Positions 1 through 9,902 of a stretch of DNA of 64,000 nt are shown piece after piece. Position 1 is the first letter of the stretch, and each line of letters opens with the position of its first letter. Both the position numbers and the translations under genes were made by a program. The stretch comes from Alphaproteobacteria bacterium (GTDB lineage: Bacteria; Pseudomonadota; Alphaproteobacteria; UBA6615): NCBI GenBank assembly GCA_022449545.1, contig JAKUPN010000005.1, positions 3,897 through 67,896 on the forward strand. The letters run 5' to 3'. The notes under the pieces are model-generated. The model did not search any database. It had not been told where the DNA came from and was given only the letters and a program-made list of their open reading frames with translations.

Positions 1-572
1 ATCGGTTCCAGAAAGAAGGAATTAGCGCCATAAAAACTCGTGAACCAGGAGGGGCTCCTACCTCTGATGCTATTCGTTCATTATTGGTGTCAGGTGAAAC
101 TTCATTTTGGGAACCAATATCAGAAACAATGTTACACTTTGCAGCAAGGCATGAACATATTGTCAAAACCATTAATCCTGCTCTAGATGAAGGTCAATGG
201 GTGGTTTCAGATCGTTTTTCTGATTCAACCATGGCATACCAGGGTTATGGGCAAGGTGTTAATAAGAGTATTATTGATTCTTTATATAGTTTAACCGCTG
301 ATAATATTGAGCCAGATTTAACACTCATTTTTGATTTAGAACCAGAAGTTGGACTGAAAAGGGCTATAGACAGGAATAGATCACTTTCATTAGATGAAGA
401 CAGATATGAGCGCATGAATATTGAGTTTCATAGAAAACTACGTGAGGGTTTTTTAGATATAGCCAAAAACAATCCCAAGAGGTGCCGTATAGTCAATGCA
501 CAAGGTTCATTAGAAAATGTTGCAAGCCGTGTCTGGGAAGAGGTCTCGAAAAAGTTTTCTTTTGGTCAATGA
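1..572 (+). CDS. tmk: Thymidylate kinase, 5'-truncated at the window edge. The reading frame is open from nt 3.
   Basis: The frame is open from position 3 with no stop. Translation gives ...TREPGGAPTSDAIRSLL... and DRFSDSTMAYQGYG, matching the Tmk lid and P-loop region. It is followed directly by holB, as in many bacteria. Confidence 0.8.
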   Translation, partial: RFQKEGISAIKTREPGGAPTSDAIRSLLVSGETSFWEPISETMLHFAARHEHIVKTINPALDEGQWVVSDRFSDSTMAYQGYGQGVNKSIIDSLYSLTADNIEPDLTLIFDLEPEVGLKRAIDRNRSLSLDEDRYERMNIEFHRKLREGFLDIAKNNPKRCRIVNAQGSLENVASRVWEEVSKKFSFGQ

Positions 573-585
573 AATTTGAATTTTT

Positions 586-1668
586 ATGACAATTAATTTA
601 GAGATAATTGAGAAAATAGAGGCGCCTCGTTCAACTTCCTCATTAATAGGACATCAGGATGCGATAGAACATTTGGAAAGGGCAATTAATAAAAACAAAT
701 TACCTCATGGCTGTATTCTCTATGGCCCAAAAGGAATTGGAAAATCTACACTTGCCTGGCATTTTATAAAATCAATTCATTCAAGAGACATGCTTAAGTC
801 TGGGACATTGGAAAATGAAAGACGAAATAATAAAATCACAAGTCAAATAGTGGCTGGTTCACACCCAGACTGTCGTCTTATTCGACGTAACAAAAACACC
901 AAACCGCCATATCGAATAAGAAAAGATATATCAGTCGACGACATAAGATTGATGACACGTTTCTTTAATTTAACACCCACACTTAGCAAATGGCGTACGG
1001 TAGTCATAGACTCTACTGATGATATGAATCAAAATGCACAAAATGCACTTCTCAAAATCTTGGAAGAACCTCCAGCAAACACTCTAATTATATTAATTTG
1101 CCATTCAATACATAGTCTACTACCCACAGTTTCATCTAGATGTTTAACGCTCAAGCTTCGACCTCTATCTATTAAACAGGTAAATCAGATATTACAGGAA
1201 CAGGATTTAAACATTCCAAACGTAGATCTACAATTATTATCGTTTTTGTCAGATGGCTCTCCCGGCAATGCAATTAATCTATTAGAAACAAACGGCCTAG
1301 ACCTGTATAAAACATTAGTAGAAATAGTTTGTAATTTGCCATCAATGAACGAATCCCTTTTACATAAAACTGCTGATTCACTATCAGGAGCTTCCGAAGA
1401 GTTATCATATAGAACGTTCATAGATTTAATTTTATGGTGGCTAAGTAGGATTATCAGATATTCTGCAGGAAAAAGCGGTGATGAAGAAGTGGAAATAGCC
1501 CCTGGTGAAATGAAAATTATTGATCATATATCGGGTAATGATCTAGACAGATTGTTAAATGCTTGGAATAGAATAAATATTCTTATTAAAAGATCCGATT
1601 CAGTAAACTTGGATCGTAAGCAGGTGATCTTGAATATATTTTTTGAACTATCCAAGGCTGCAAGATAA
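586..1668 (+). CDS. holB: DNA polymerase III delta-prime subunit
   Basis: The N-terminus has GHQDAIEHLERAI...LPHGCILYGPKGIGKST, a clamp-loader AAA+ Walker A motif. It is 360 aa and sits in the conserved tmk-holB-metG arrangement. Confidence 0.85.
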   Translation: MTINLEIIEKIEAPRSTSSLIGHQDAIEHLERAINKNKLPHGCILYGPKGIGKSTLAWHFIKSIHSRDMLKSGTLENERRNNKITSQIVAGSHPDCRLIRRNKNTKPPYRIRKDISVDDIRLMTRFFNLTPTLSKWRTVVIDSTDDMNQNAQNALLKILEEPPANTLIILICHSIHSLLPTVSSRCLTLKLRPLSIKQVNQILQEQDLNIPNVDLQLLSFLSDGSPGNAINLLETNGLDLYKTLVEIVCNLPSMNESLLHKTADSLSGASEELSYRTFIDLILWWLSRIIRYSAGKSGDEEVEIAPGEMKIIDHISGNDLDRLLNAWNRINILIKRSDSVNLDRKQVILNIFFELSKAAR

Positions 1669-1703
1669 ATGCAATTATATTTTTAATTAGTAAAGTAGAA
1701 TAA

Positions 1704-1919
1704 ATGTCTAAAATATTTGATCGTTATCTTGATTTATTAACTTACTGTATGTGGGGAATAATATTATTAGGGGCAATAGATCATTTTTTCGTTAAGTTCT
1801 TGCCCAAGGAGATTTCAGATTTAAGTATTTATATAATGTGGCCTTTATTGCTTTGTGTTTGGTATGGGCACAAACATAAAGCAAGAATAAAAGCTCAAAA
1901 TAAAAAAGAAAATAACTAA
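1704..1919 (+). CDS. Hypothetical small membrane protein of 71 aa with two predicted TM helices and a basic C-terminal tail
   Basis: It is an ORF only. Hydrophobic stretches are WGIILLGAIDHFFV and IMWPLLLCVWYG. It lies between holB and metG. I could not assess codon usage or an RBS rigorously. Confidence 0.3.
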   Translation: MSKIFDRYLDLLTYCMWGIILLGAIDHFFVKFLPKEISDLSIYIMWPLLLCVWYGHKHKARIKAQNKKENN

Positions 1920-1938
1920 TGTTTAACTATCAGATATT

Positions 1939-3513
1939 GTGGACAGAGCTTTGACAAAACAAGAATTTTATTTAACCACGCCAATATATTATGTAAATGA
2001 TAAACCTCATATTGGACATGCATATACAACATTAGCATGTGATGTACTTGCTCGATTTCATAGACTGGATGGCAAAAACGTATTTTTCCTAACAGGGACG
2101 GATGAGCACGGTCAAAAAGTTCAAAAATCAGCACAGGCGGCAGGTAAAGAGCCACAAGAATTCACCAATCAATTAAGTCAAAACTTTCGTCGCTTAGCAG
2201 AAGAAATGAATTATTCCCACGATGATTTCATAAGAACGACTGAAAGCAGACATATTAAAGCAACACAAGATCTTTGGACGAAAATAAGAGATAATGGACA
2301 TATATATTTAGGTAGTTATTCGGGTTGGTATGCGGTTCGAGATGAAGCATTTTATGGAGAAAAAGAACTATCAATTAATGATAAGGGACAAAAGGTAGCC
2401 CCATCAGGAGCTGAGGTTGAATGGGTTGAGGAACCCAGTTACTTCTTTGATTTATCAAAATGGCAAGAGCCATTACTAGATCTTTATGATAAAAATCCGA
2501 ATTTTATAGGACCAAAAAGCAGAAAAAATGAGGTTGTTAGCTTTGTAAGAGGGGGGCTAAATGATCTTTCAGTAAGCAGAACTAGCTTTAAATGGGGGAT
2601 ACCAGTACCGGGCGATCCAGACCATATAATGTACGTTTGGTTAGATGCTTTGAACAATTATCAAACAGGCGTTGGGTACCCAGAAACCGAACAGGGAGCA
2701 TACAAGAGCTTTTGGCCTGCTGATCTTCATATGGTTGGCAAAGATATTCTGAGGTTTCATGCTGTTTATTGGCCGGCATTTTTAATGGCGGCTGGACTAA
2801 GCCCTCCAAAAAGAATATTTGCACATGGCTGGCTTCTTAATCGAGGTGAAAAGATGTCTAAATCGCTAGGGAATGTGGTCACGGCAGCAGATTTAACAGA
2901 AAATTATGGGCTTGACGCTGTTCGCTATTACCTTCTCAGAGAAGTACCCTTTGGGCAAGATGGTTACATAAGTCACGAAAGTATGGTGGGCAGGATAAAT
3001 GGGGATTTGGCTAATGATTTGGGTAATCTTGTACAAAGAGTTTTATCCATGGTTAACAAAAATTGTGATAGTAAGATACCCATTCCAGGAGAACTAACCG
3101 AAGAAGATATCACACTCCTCAAGGCATCGGAGGAACTTCATCTTCTAGTAAGAGCCGAATTTGATGAACAGGCGTTTAATAAAGGCCTAGAATTAATCTG
3201 GAAAATAATAGGTAATGCTAACCGGTATATCGATAAGCAAGCACCATGGGTGCTGCGTAAATCTGATCAGTTGAGAATGCAAACAGTCTTATTTGTTCTT
3301 ATCGAGGTTATTCGAAAAGTCTCTATTTTAATTCAGCCAATTATGCCTGATTCAGCATCTAACATATTAGATCAAATCGCTTCCCCAATTGATGAGCGTC
3401 AATTTTCAAACTTGAATGATAAATTTTCTGTAAATCCGGGAACTAATCTTCCTAACCCATATCCAGTTTTTCCAAGATACGTGGAAGAAGAAAGCCAAAA
3501 CGGTAACACATGA
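1939..3513 (+). CDS. metG: Methionyl-tRNA synthetase (short form, no C-terminal tRNA-binding domain); GTG start in the track
   Basis: Class I motifs are present: HIGH as PHIGHAYT and KMSKS as KMSKSLGN. The anticodon-binding region follows. It is 524 aa. Confidence 0.9.
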   Translation: MDRALTKQEFYLTTPIYYVNDKPHIGHAYTTLACDVLARFHRLDGKNVFFLTGTDEHGQKVQKSAQAAGKEPQEFTNQLSQNFRRLAEEMNYSHDDFIRTTESRHIKATQDLWTKIRDNGHIYLGSYSGWYAVRDEAFYGEKELSINDKGQKVAPSGAEVEWVEEPSYFFDLSKWQEPLLDLYDKNPNFIGPKSRKNEVVSFVRGGLNDLSVSRTSFKWGIPVPGDPDHIMYVWLDALNNYQTGVGYPETEQGAYKSFWPADLHMVGKDILRFHAVYWPAFLMAAGLSPPKRIFAHGWLLNRGEKMSKSLGNVVTAADLTENYGLDAVRYYLLREVPFGQDGYISHESMVGRINGDLANDLGNLVQRVLSMVNKNCDSKIPIPGELTEEDITLLKASEELHLLVRAEFDEQAFNKGLELIWKIIGNANRYIDKQAPWVLRKSDQLRMQTVLFVLIEVIRKVSILIQPIMPDSASNILDQIASPIDERQFSNLNDKFSVNPGTNLPNPYPVFPRYVEEESQNGNT

Positions 3514-4280
3514 TTGTAGACAGTCATTGTCATTTAGACTTCGAGGATTTTAGTGTTGACCTAGATGAAGTGATAGACCGCGCCATGGAAAATGGAGTGG
3601 GGGAGATGCTGACTATATGCACCCATCTTAGCCGATTTCAAAATATATTAGATATTGCAGAAAGATATTCTAATGTATGGTGTACGGTAGGTGTTCACCC
3701 TCATGAATCAGAATCCGAGGGACAAAAAACTGCTGAACGTCTCATTGAATTATCAAGACATCCTAAGGTTATAGGTGTAGGTGAGACTGGTCTCGACTAT
3801 CACTACAACCACAGCTCGTCAGAGAAACAATGTCAAAACTTTTTATCCCATATATCCGCTGCTCAACAAACTGGACTACCATTAATCATACATTCAAGAA
3901 ACGCAGATAAAAATATGATTGAAATACTAGAAAGTGAGTATAAGTCTTGTCCCTTCACTGGCGTTATGCATTGTTTTAGTAGTGGCCTGGAGTTAGCACT
4001 AAAAGCCGTTGAGATTGGATTGTACATTAGTTTTTCAGGTATAATAACTTTCAATAAAGCGCAAGAAGTAAGGGATATCGCTAAACAACTGCCACATAAC
4101 AGATTGCTTGTTGAGACAGATTCTCCATTTTTAGCACCAGTTCCTAATAGAGGTAAAAGAAACGAACCTTCATACGTGGTGCATACGGTTAGTCAACTAG
4201 CGGATATAATTAACGTAAATCAAACAGATCTTATCAATATAACCACAGCTAACTTTCATACACTTTTCGACACGAGATAA
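3510..4280 (+). CDS. tatD: TatD-family metal-dependent DNase/hydrolase
   Basis: MIVDSHCHLDF at the N-terminus and GETGLDYHY, conserved TatD motifs. There is a 4-nt ATGA overlap with the metG stop. Confidence 0.85.
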   Translation: MIVDSHCHLDFEDFSVDLDEVIDRAMENGVGEMLTICTHLSRFQNILDIAERYSNVWCTVGVHPHESESEGQKTAERLIELSRHPKVIGVGETGLDYHYNHSSSEKQCQNFLSHISAAQQTGLPLIIHSRNADKNMIEILESEYKSCPFTGVMHCFSSGLELALKAVEIGLYISFSGIITFNKAQEVRDIAKQLPHNRLLVETDSPFLAPVPNRGKRNEPSYVVHTVSQLADIINVNQTDLINITTANFHTLFDTR

Positions 4281-4446
4281 CTTTTTAACTTATTTTATTA
4301 AATAATTAGTTCAATAAATAGTCCTAAGCCATTGTTATAAAATATAAATATAAGAGATTATATGATTTAACATAATATATATTATACGCATTATAGTTAA
4401 CTCACCCTATTAACTTAAGTTTTTTAAATTAGTAGAAATTAAGCAG

Positions 4447-5277
4447 ATGATAAAAAATGAACTTGAAAACCTAGTACAAGTAATGAAAGAGCTACGAGAT
4501 CCTGCAGTAGGATGTGAATGGGACAAGAGACAGACATTTGAATCTATTGTTCCCTATACTATTGAGGAAGCCTATGAGGTTGCAGATGCAATAGACAATA
4601 AAGACTATGTTGCCCTAAAAGAAGAACTTGGTGATTTACTTTTACAAGTTGTATTCCATTCTCAAATGGCTGAAGAGATAAACGAATTTAATATAAATGA
4701 CGTAATTAATACGGTTATATCTAAATTAAGAAATCGTCACCCTCATATATATAATACAAAAGAAGTTGAAAACTTAAGCGACCTGGAGACTAACTGGGAA
4801 AAAATCAAAGCTAGAGAAAGAGAAGTAAAAGCATTAAGCCAAGGGAAAGATATAAGTGTGCTTGACAACATACCAAACAATTTACCTTCAATTATACGAG
4901 CAGAAAAACTACAAAAAAGAGCTGCTACAATCGGGTTTGACTGGGATGATATAGATCTCGTCTTTGCAAAAGTTCTAGAAGAAATAGAAGAGTTAAAAGA
5001 TGAAATTAACGCAGCCAATGATTCTGAGAGAATTTTAGATGAGTCAGGTGATTTGCTTTTCGCCTGTGTTAACGTGCTTCGTCACCTTAATATAAATCCA
5101 GAAGTAGCCTTAAGAGCCGCAAACCATAAATTTGAGAGAAGATTTCGTATTCTTGAAAGTTTACTCGGCTCGAACGGGACTCAAAAGAATATACATCCGC
5201 AAGAGCTTAATATTTTATGGGAAAAGGCAAAAACAATTATCAGACAATCACATGATACTAATGAAAGTCAAAACTGA
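4447..5277 (+). CDS. mazG: Nucleoside triphosphate pyrophosphohydrolase MazG (tandem MazG domains)
   Basis: There are two EExxE...GDLL-type MazG motifs: EEAYEVADAI...EELGDLLLQVVFH and EEIEELKDEI...ESGDLLFACVNV. Confidence 0.85.
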   Translation: MIKNELENLVQVMKELRDPAVGCEWDKRQTFESIVPYTIEEAYEVADAIDNKDYVALKEELGDLLLQVVFHSQMAEEINEFNINDVINTVISKLRNRHPHIYNTKEVENLSDLETNWEKIKAREREVKALSQGKDISVLDNIPNNLPSIIRAEKLQKRAATIGFDWDDIDLVFAKVLEEIEELKDEINAANDSERILDESGDLLFACVNVLRHLNINPEVALRAANHKFERRFRILESLLGSNGTQKNIHPQELNILWEKAKTIIRQSHDTNESQN

Positions 5278-5337
5278 ATTTACTTCAGTCACTTTTCTCC
5301 TATATGTTATGAGTTATCGTTCTGATAATTCATGGGG

Positions 5338-5637
5338 TTATGGTTCTGTTCCATCCCTGGTGCCGTAGATCTCACCTAGTAATTCAATTGTTTCTTCATC
5401 CATATGTGGATCAATACTATGGTACATGCTATCACGCACTTCAGAGCGTGGGGCGTTTCTCATTCTAGTAAGCTCTATGTAACCGCCTGTTATAAACAGA
5501 TGTCTGATCCACTCTTCAAAACTATATAGGCTAGCACCTTCCGAAAATTCTTTTTTCTGATTTTCATATTCGGTTTTAAACCACTGAACACTTTCTTCAT
5601 CTATAAAAATACGCGTAATATTTAGGTTAATGTTCAT
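5338..5637 (-). CDS. Hypothetical protein of 99 aa with no recognisable domain
   Basis: It is an ORF convergent with mazG. The sequence is MNINLNITRIFIDEESVQWFKTEYENQKKEF...; I see no motif I can place. It appears slightly more GC-rich than its flanks. Confidence 0.35.
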   Translation of the reverse strand: MNINLNITRIFIDEESVQWFKTEYENQKKEFSEGASLYSFEEWIRHLFITGGYIELTRMRNAPRSEVRDSMYHSIDPHMDEETIELLGEIYGTRDGTEP

Positions 5638-5759
5638 CTTAATTTACCTTGTCCCAATTTTAGATAATAAAATATCTGCCGGTACAACAAAATGAAAATT
5701 CTAACTTATCTTATCAGTAAGTTTATAATTGTCCCCTCGCCTATCCTACTATTTAATGA

Positions 5760-6557
5760 TCAGTTATTTTTTTCTATTAATGAGACTATGTGATTCCAAA
5801 TATCATAATCCAGAGCACTCAACAGATTTCCTTCAGTAGTCATAGAATTGTACTCCCTTCTATCAACCAAAGCACTTACTCCTCCAGACTCGGAAATTAA
5901 GAAACTTCCAGCAACATGGTCCCACGGCCTTAGCCTAGTATAAGCAGTAAAACTTATAATAGATTCCAATAACTGAATATATTCATGACCGGCACAGGTG
6001 GGTTTATTTACTTCTCCAATTTGAAGTTCATCTTGTTTAACTATGTCATACAGATAATTGGCTGCAGTCCCATCGTATTTATGAGCGCTTTTATTAATAA
6101 CCAATTCAACCTTTTTATGATTTATATAAGCTCCAGACCCTTGTTCACCATGGGCAATCTTTTTTGAAATAGGCTCATATATCCAGCCAGCTAGTGTATT
6201 TCCTGATATAACTAACGCTATAATTACAGCAAATATATCACTACCTTTAGTAAAATTATGCGTACCATCGATAGGATCAATAATCCATACAGGACTATCA
6301 TTATTCAATAGATTAAATAGATCGTTTCTTTTGTAAGAAGCCTCTTCACCGATAACGTGGCTACCTGGAAGGAGATCACATAATCTTTGAGACAGAAAAG
6401 ATTCAGATTCCATATCGGCAACAGTCGTTAATTCTCCAAAATCTTTTTCTTTTATATCGGATAAATCAAGTTTTTTATGACGAGGTAATATAATTTCATC
6501 AGAAACCTCTATTAATAATTGGCTAACCTTTTCAACATCAATTTTTAAAAGGGACAT
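5760..6557 (-). CDS. Inositol monophosphatase-family phosphatase. SuhB, CysQ or HisN-type cannot be distinguished from sequence alone.
   Basis: The IMPase signature WIIDPIDGTHNF and the metal-binding EE...DP.DGT architecture are present. It is 265 aa. Confidence 0.8.
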   Translation of the reverse strand: MSLLKIDVEKVSQLLIEVSDEIILPRHKKLDLSDIKEKDFGELTTVADMESESFLSQRLCDLLPGSHVIGEEASYKRNDLFNLLNNDSPVWIIDPIDGTHNFTKGSDIFAVIIALVISGNTLAGWIYEPISKKIAHGEQGSGAYINHKKVELVINKSAHKYDGTAANYLYDIVKQDELQIGEVNKPTCAGHEYIQLLESIISFTAYTRLRPWDHVAGSFLISESGGVSALVDRREYNSMTTEGNLLSALDYDIWNHIVSLIEKNN

Positions 6558-6564
6558 AACTAAT

Positions 6565-7911
6565 TTATTCTTTATTTTTACTATTTTCTGACAGTCGATT
6601 TATATATCGAATGTGATTTTTTGGACTTAAGCAAACTGATATATGAAAATACTGATCGGTATCTCTTCTTTCTATTATGTCACCATTTTGATAAAGCCAA
6701 GCCAACATAGAACCGTCATTGAGAGGAACATCTACATCTAAAACTACATATTCTGACAAAACATAGTCAGATATCTTTTTCAGCAGCCCTAAACAACCCT
6801 CTCCAGTTAATGCCGATAAATTTATTACATTTTGACTCCTTGAAGCTATGTTTTGAAAATAGTCATAACGCTCTTTCTCTAGCAAATCAGTTTTATTGAA
6901 CACTTCAATTATTGGAGGAATATTATCTGCACCTATCGATGAGTTATCAAACAAGTCAGTTAAAATTAAATTAACATCTTTTTGCTGTTGCTCAGTTTCA
7001 TCGTGTGAGACATCCCTTACATGAAGCACCAAATCTGATGAGACAACCTCTTCTAGAGTTGATCTAAATGCAGCTATTAAATGAGTAGGTAAATCTTGTA
7101 TAAACCCTACGGTATCAGAGAGAATTACGTTTTGCCCACTTGGAAGAGACAAAGAACGCATTGTGGGATCTAATGTAGCAAACAACATATCTTCAGCTAG
7201 TACTTTTGATTTTGTGAGTCTGTTAAATAGAGTCGATTTACCTGCATTTGTATACCCGATCAAAGAAACTATTGGATAGGGAACTCGTTTGCGCGCTGTT
7301 CGATGCAAACCCCGAGTCCTAACAACTTTACGTAATTGTTTTTTAATTTTAGCAAGACGTTGATCAATTAATCTTCTATCAAGTTCTAATTGACGCTCAC
7401 CCGGTCCACCTAGAAATCCCGCCCCGCCCCTTTGACGTTCCAAATGAGTCCAAGATCTAACTAATCTACTCCTCTGATATGTTAGAGCAGCGAGTTCAAC
7501 CTGCAACGAACCCTCTTTTGTTCTCGCACGATCACCAAAGATTTCAATTATAAGTCCTGTCCGATCAATAACTTTTAACTTCCATTTACGTTCCAAGTTT
7601 CTTTGTTGAACTGGCGTTATAGGAGCTCCTATAATAACAAGACTCACTTTTTTTTCCATAAATTGAGATTGGAATTCAGAGATATTTCCTGGGCCAAAAA
7701 GAGTAGCAGGATGTGTTTTTTTTACATTAACTACTCTTGAATCGACTATCTCTAAGCCAATTGCATTCGCCAACCCAATGGTTTCAAACAACATGGAGTC
7801 AGGGTTTCTTTTGCCAACAGCAGGAGACCCTAGAGCGGGTTGCAATACAATTGCTCGTTCCGGCCAATCCTGATTAGTCTCTGTATTATCTTTGCCGTTA
7901 TATGAAACCAA
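6565..7911 (-). CDS. hflX: GTPase HflX
   Basis: The G1 motif GYTNAGKSTLFNRLT is present, with the HflX N-terminal domain. It sits immediately downstream of hfq, as is conserved. Confidence 0.9.
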   Translation of the reverse strand: MVSYNGKDNTETNQDWPERAIVLQPALGSPAVGKRNPDSMLFETIGLANAIGLEIVDSRVVNVKKTHPATLFGPGNISEFQSQFMEKKVSLVIIGAPITPVQQRNLERKWKLKVIDRTGLIIEIFGDRARTKEGSLQVELAALTYQRSRLVRSWTHLERQRGGAGFLGGPGERQLELDRRLIDQRLAKIKKQLRKVVRTRGLHRTARKRVPYPIVSLIGYTNAGKSTLFNRLTKSKVLAEDMLFATLDPTMRSLSLPSGQNVILSDTVGFIQDLPTHLIAAFRSTLEEVVSSDLVLHVRDVSHDETEQQQKDVNLILTDLFDNSSIGADNIPPIIEVFNKTDLLEKERYDYFQNIASRSQNVINLSALTGEGCLGLLKKISDYVLSEYVVLDVDVPLNDGSMLAWLYQNGDIIERRDTDQYFHISVCLSPKNHIRYINRLSENSKNKE

Positions 7912-7921
7912 AACTTATATA

Positions 7922-8185
7922 TTACTCTTCAGTATCTAATTCTTCTGTTGATGGTTCAAATAACTGTATAGGGGTTGAAGGCATAATTGTTGAAATAGCG
8001 TGTTTATAAACAAGCTGCGAATGAGTATCCCTTCTTAAAAATACACAAAAATTATCAAACCAGGTGACTATACCTTGTAATTTGACACCATTTACCAAAA
8101 AAACAGTTACTGGGACTTTACCTTTACGTATATGATTTAAAAATACATCTTGAACGTTTTGCGATTTCTCCCCAGCCATTTTCAA
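7922..8185 (-). CDS. hfq: RNA chaperone Hfq
   Basis: The Sm1/Sm2 core is [59 protein letters not shown]. There is an acidic C-terminal tail. Confidence 0.95.
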   Translation of the reverse strand: MKMAGEKSQNVQDVFLNHIRKGKVPVTVFLVNGVKLQGIVTWFDNFCVFLRRDTHSQLVYKHAISTIMPSTPIQLFEPSTEELDTEE

Positions 8186-8474
8186 ACCCCGGACTTTATT
8201 TATTGTTGTTTTGGGACAGCAGTCTAACTGTACAAATTTATCCCTAGGTTTACATTATATAATAGCTCTTCATCTTACATGAATTTTCAGTTTTGTTTAA
8301 TTGGATCATTAGTCTAACCCATAATTCAATCGAATAGAAAGAACTCAATTATTGTATTAATTCTCGTAGTCAACTACTATACTTAAAAAAACTTATATAT
8401 TATGTATTATTTACAATATATTGAAAGACTATATTAATCCTATAAATTAATGATCTATTTAGACTTGTTTGTGT

Positions 8475-9851
8475 TTAAAAGAACTCTAATCGAACAGCAA
8501 ACAATTTTTCAACCTTCCTAATTGCCTCTTTAGTAGCAAACAGAATAACTCTGTCCCCAGAATGTATTTGAGTGTTTTTATCAACTCTAATTATATTCTC
8601 ACTCCGAAGAACTGCTGCAACAATCACTCCAGAAGGTAGCCGAGAGTCAAGTATTGTCTGACCAACTAAACTAGAGGTTTCTAGTGCCTCCACTTCGATA
8701 ACCTCACCAAAATTTTCTCCAATAGAGTGAACCGATCTAATACTTCCCCTACGAACATGTTGTAATATTGTAGAAGCGGTAATCGCCCTAGGACTAACCA
8801 CTACATCAATCCCTAGTGGAGCAAGAAGAGGATTGTATGTCATAGTATTTACCAAAGTTACGGCGCGTTCAGCTCCATACCTCTTCGCCAATAATGAAGC
8901 CAGTATATTAACCTCATCATCATTAGAGACTGCTACAACTGTTGCTGAGTTCCCTATATTAGCTTCTACTAAGATTTCTGGATCTAAAGCATCACCATTA
9001 ATGACTGTTGTTTTTGCAAGTACTTTAGCAGCATTCATCGCAACTTCTTTATCAATTTCAATTAAGCTCGCACTTACACCTGTGAATTGTTCTTCAACAT
9101 TAGACGCTAAACTCTGTCCAATATTTCCTCCCCCAATAATTACCACTCGGCGTGCCTCAGGCTCATCATGGCCAAATGCAGACATTGCACGCTCTATTTG
9201 CTGTGCATCCACTACAAGATACACCTCGTCTCCAATTTCTAGGTGATCATCTCCTCTAGGAACCATGGATTTGTTTTCTCTAATAATCCCAACTATAGTA
9301 ATGTTTAGATCTGGAAATAGAGACGTGAGCTGTCGCAATGGGGTGTTTGTTATTGGACATTCCTCTTCACACCTAACCCCAATTAAACGCAATTTGTTAT
9401 CTGCTAATGGAATTATCTCGAATGACCCAGGAACAGTAAACCTACGACTGATAGCCTTCGCCACCTCTATCTCAGGTGAGATAATGACATCAATTGGCAT
9501 GTTGTCGTGACTAAAAAGATCTGACCAGATCTGCTTTCTATAACTCTGCTCACGTATACGAGCTATCTTAGTAGGAACATTAAAAAGTGAATGCGCGACT
9601 TGGCATGCAATCATATTAACTTCATCTGCAAATGTTACTGCTATCAACATATCTGCATCTGCTGCCCCAGCTGCTTCAAGAACATCAGGCAAAGAAGCAT
9701 GTCCAACCATAGCACGAACATCTAGAGTATCTCTAATACGAGCTATGAGCTCAACACTCTGATCAACGACAGTAACATCAACTCTTTCACTCGCTAATTC
9801 TCTAGCGATATTTGACCCTACCTGACCGGCTCCACATATAATAGTTTTCAT
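8475..9851 (-). CDS. trkA: Potassium transport system NAD-binding protein TrkA (tandem RCK domains)
   Basis: There are two Rossmann GxGxxG motifs, MKTIICGAGQVGSNIAREL and VVIIGGGNIGQSLA. It is 458 aa. Confidence 0.9.
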   Translation of the reverse strand: MKTIICGAGQVGSNIARELASERVDVTVVDQSVELIARIRDTLDVRAMVGHASLPDVLEAAGAADADMLIAVTFADEVNMIACQVAHSLFNVPTKIARIREQSYRKQIWSDLFSHDNMPIDVIISPEIEVAKAISRRFTVPGSFEIIPLADNKLRLIGVRCEEECPITNTPLRQLTSLFPDLNITIVGIIRENKSMVPRGDDHLEIGDEVYLVVDAQQIERAMSAFGHDEPEARRVVIIGGGNIGQSLASNVEEQFTGVSASLIEIDKEVAMNAAKVLAKTTVINGDALDPEILVEANIGNSATVVAVSNDDEVNILASLLAKRYGAERAVTLVNTMTYNPLLAPLGIDVVVSPRAITASTILQHVRRGSIRSVHSIGENFGEVIEVEALETSSLVGQTILDSRLPSGVIVAAVLRSENIIRVDKNTQIHSGDRVILFATKEAIRKVEKLFAVRLEFF

Positions 9852-9902
9852 TTTTTATGATTACCTTGTCGACACTTTCAAGCACTCTTTTGCATTTAAC
9901 GA

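Noticed and set aside
5275-5289. Short hairpin CTGAA-tttac-TTCAG at the mazG stop
   Set aside because: The stem is only 5 bp and the T-tract is weak. This is not enough to call an intrinsic terminator.
8186-8474. Possible tRNA or other RNA gene in the largest intergenic gaps (also 26403..26636, 40901..41069 and 59689..59919)
   Set aside because: No cloverleaf-compatible segments or conserved T-loop (GTTCGAATC-like) and acceptor complementarity were seen. The regions are too AT-rich and too short for RNase P or tmRNA.
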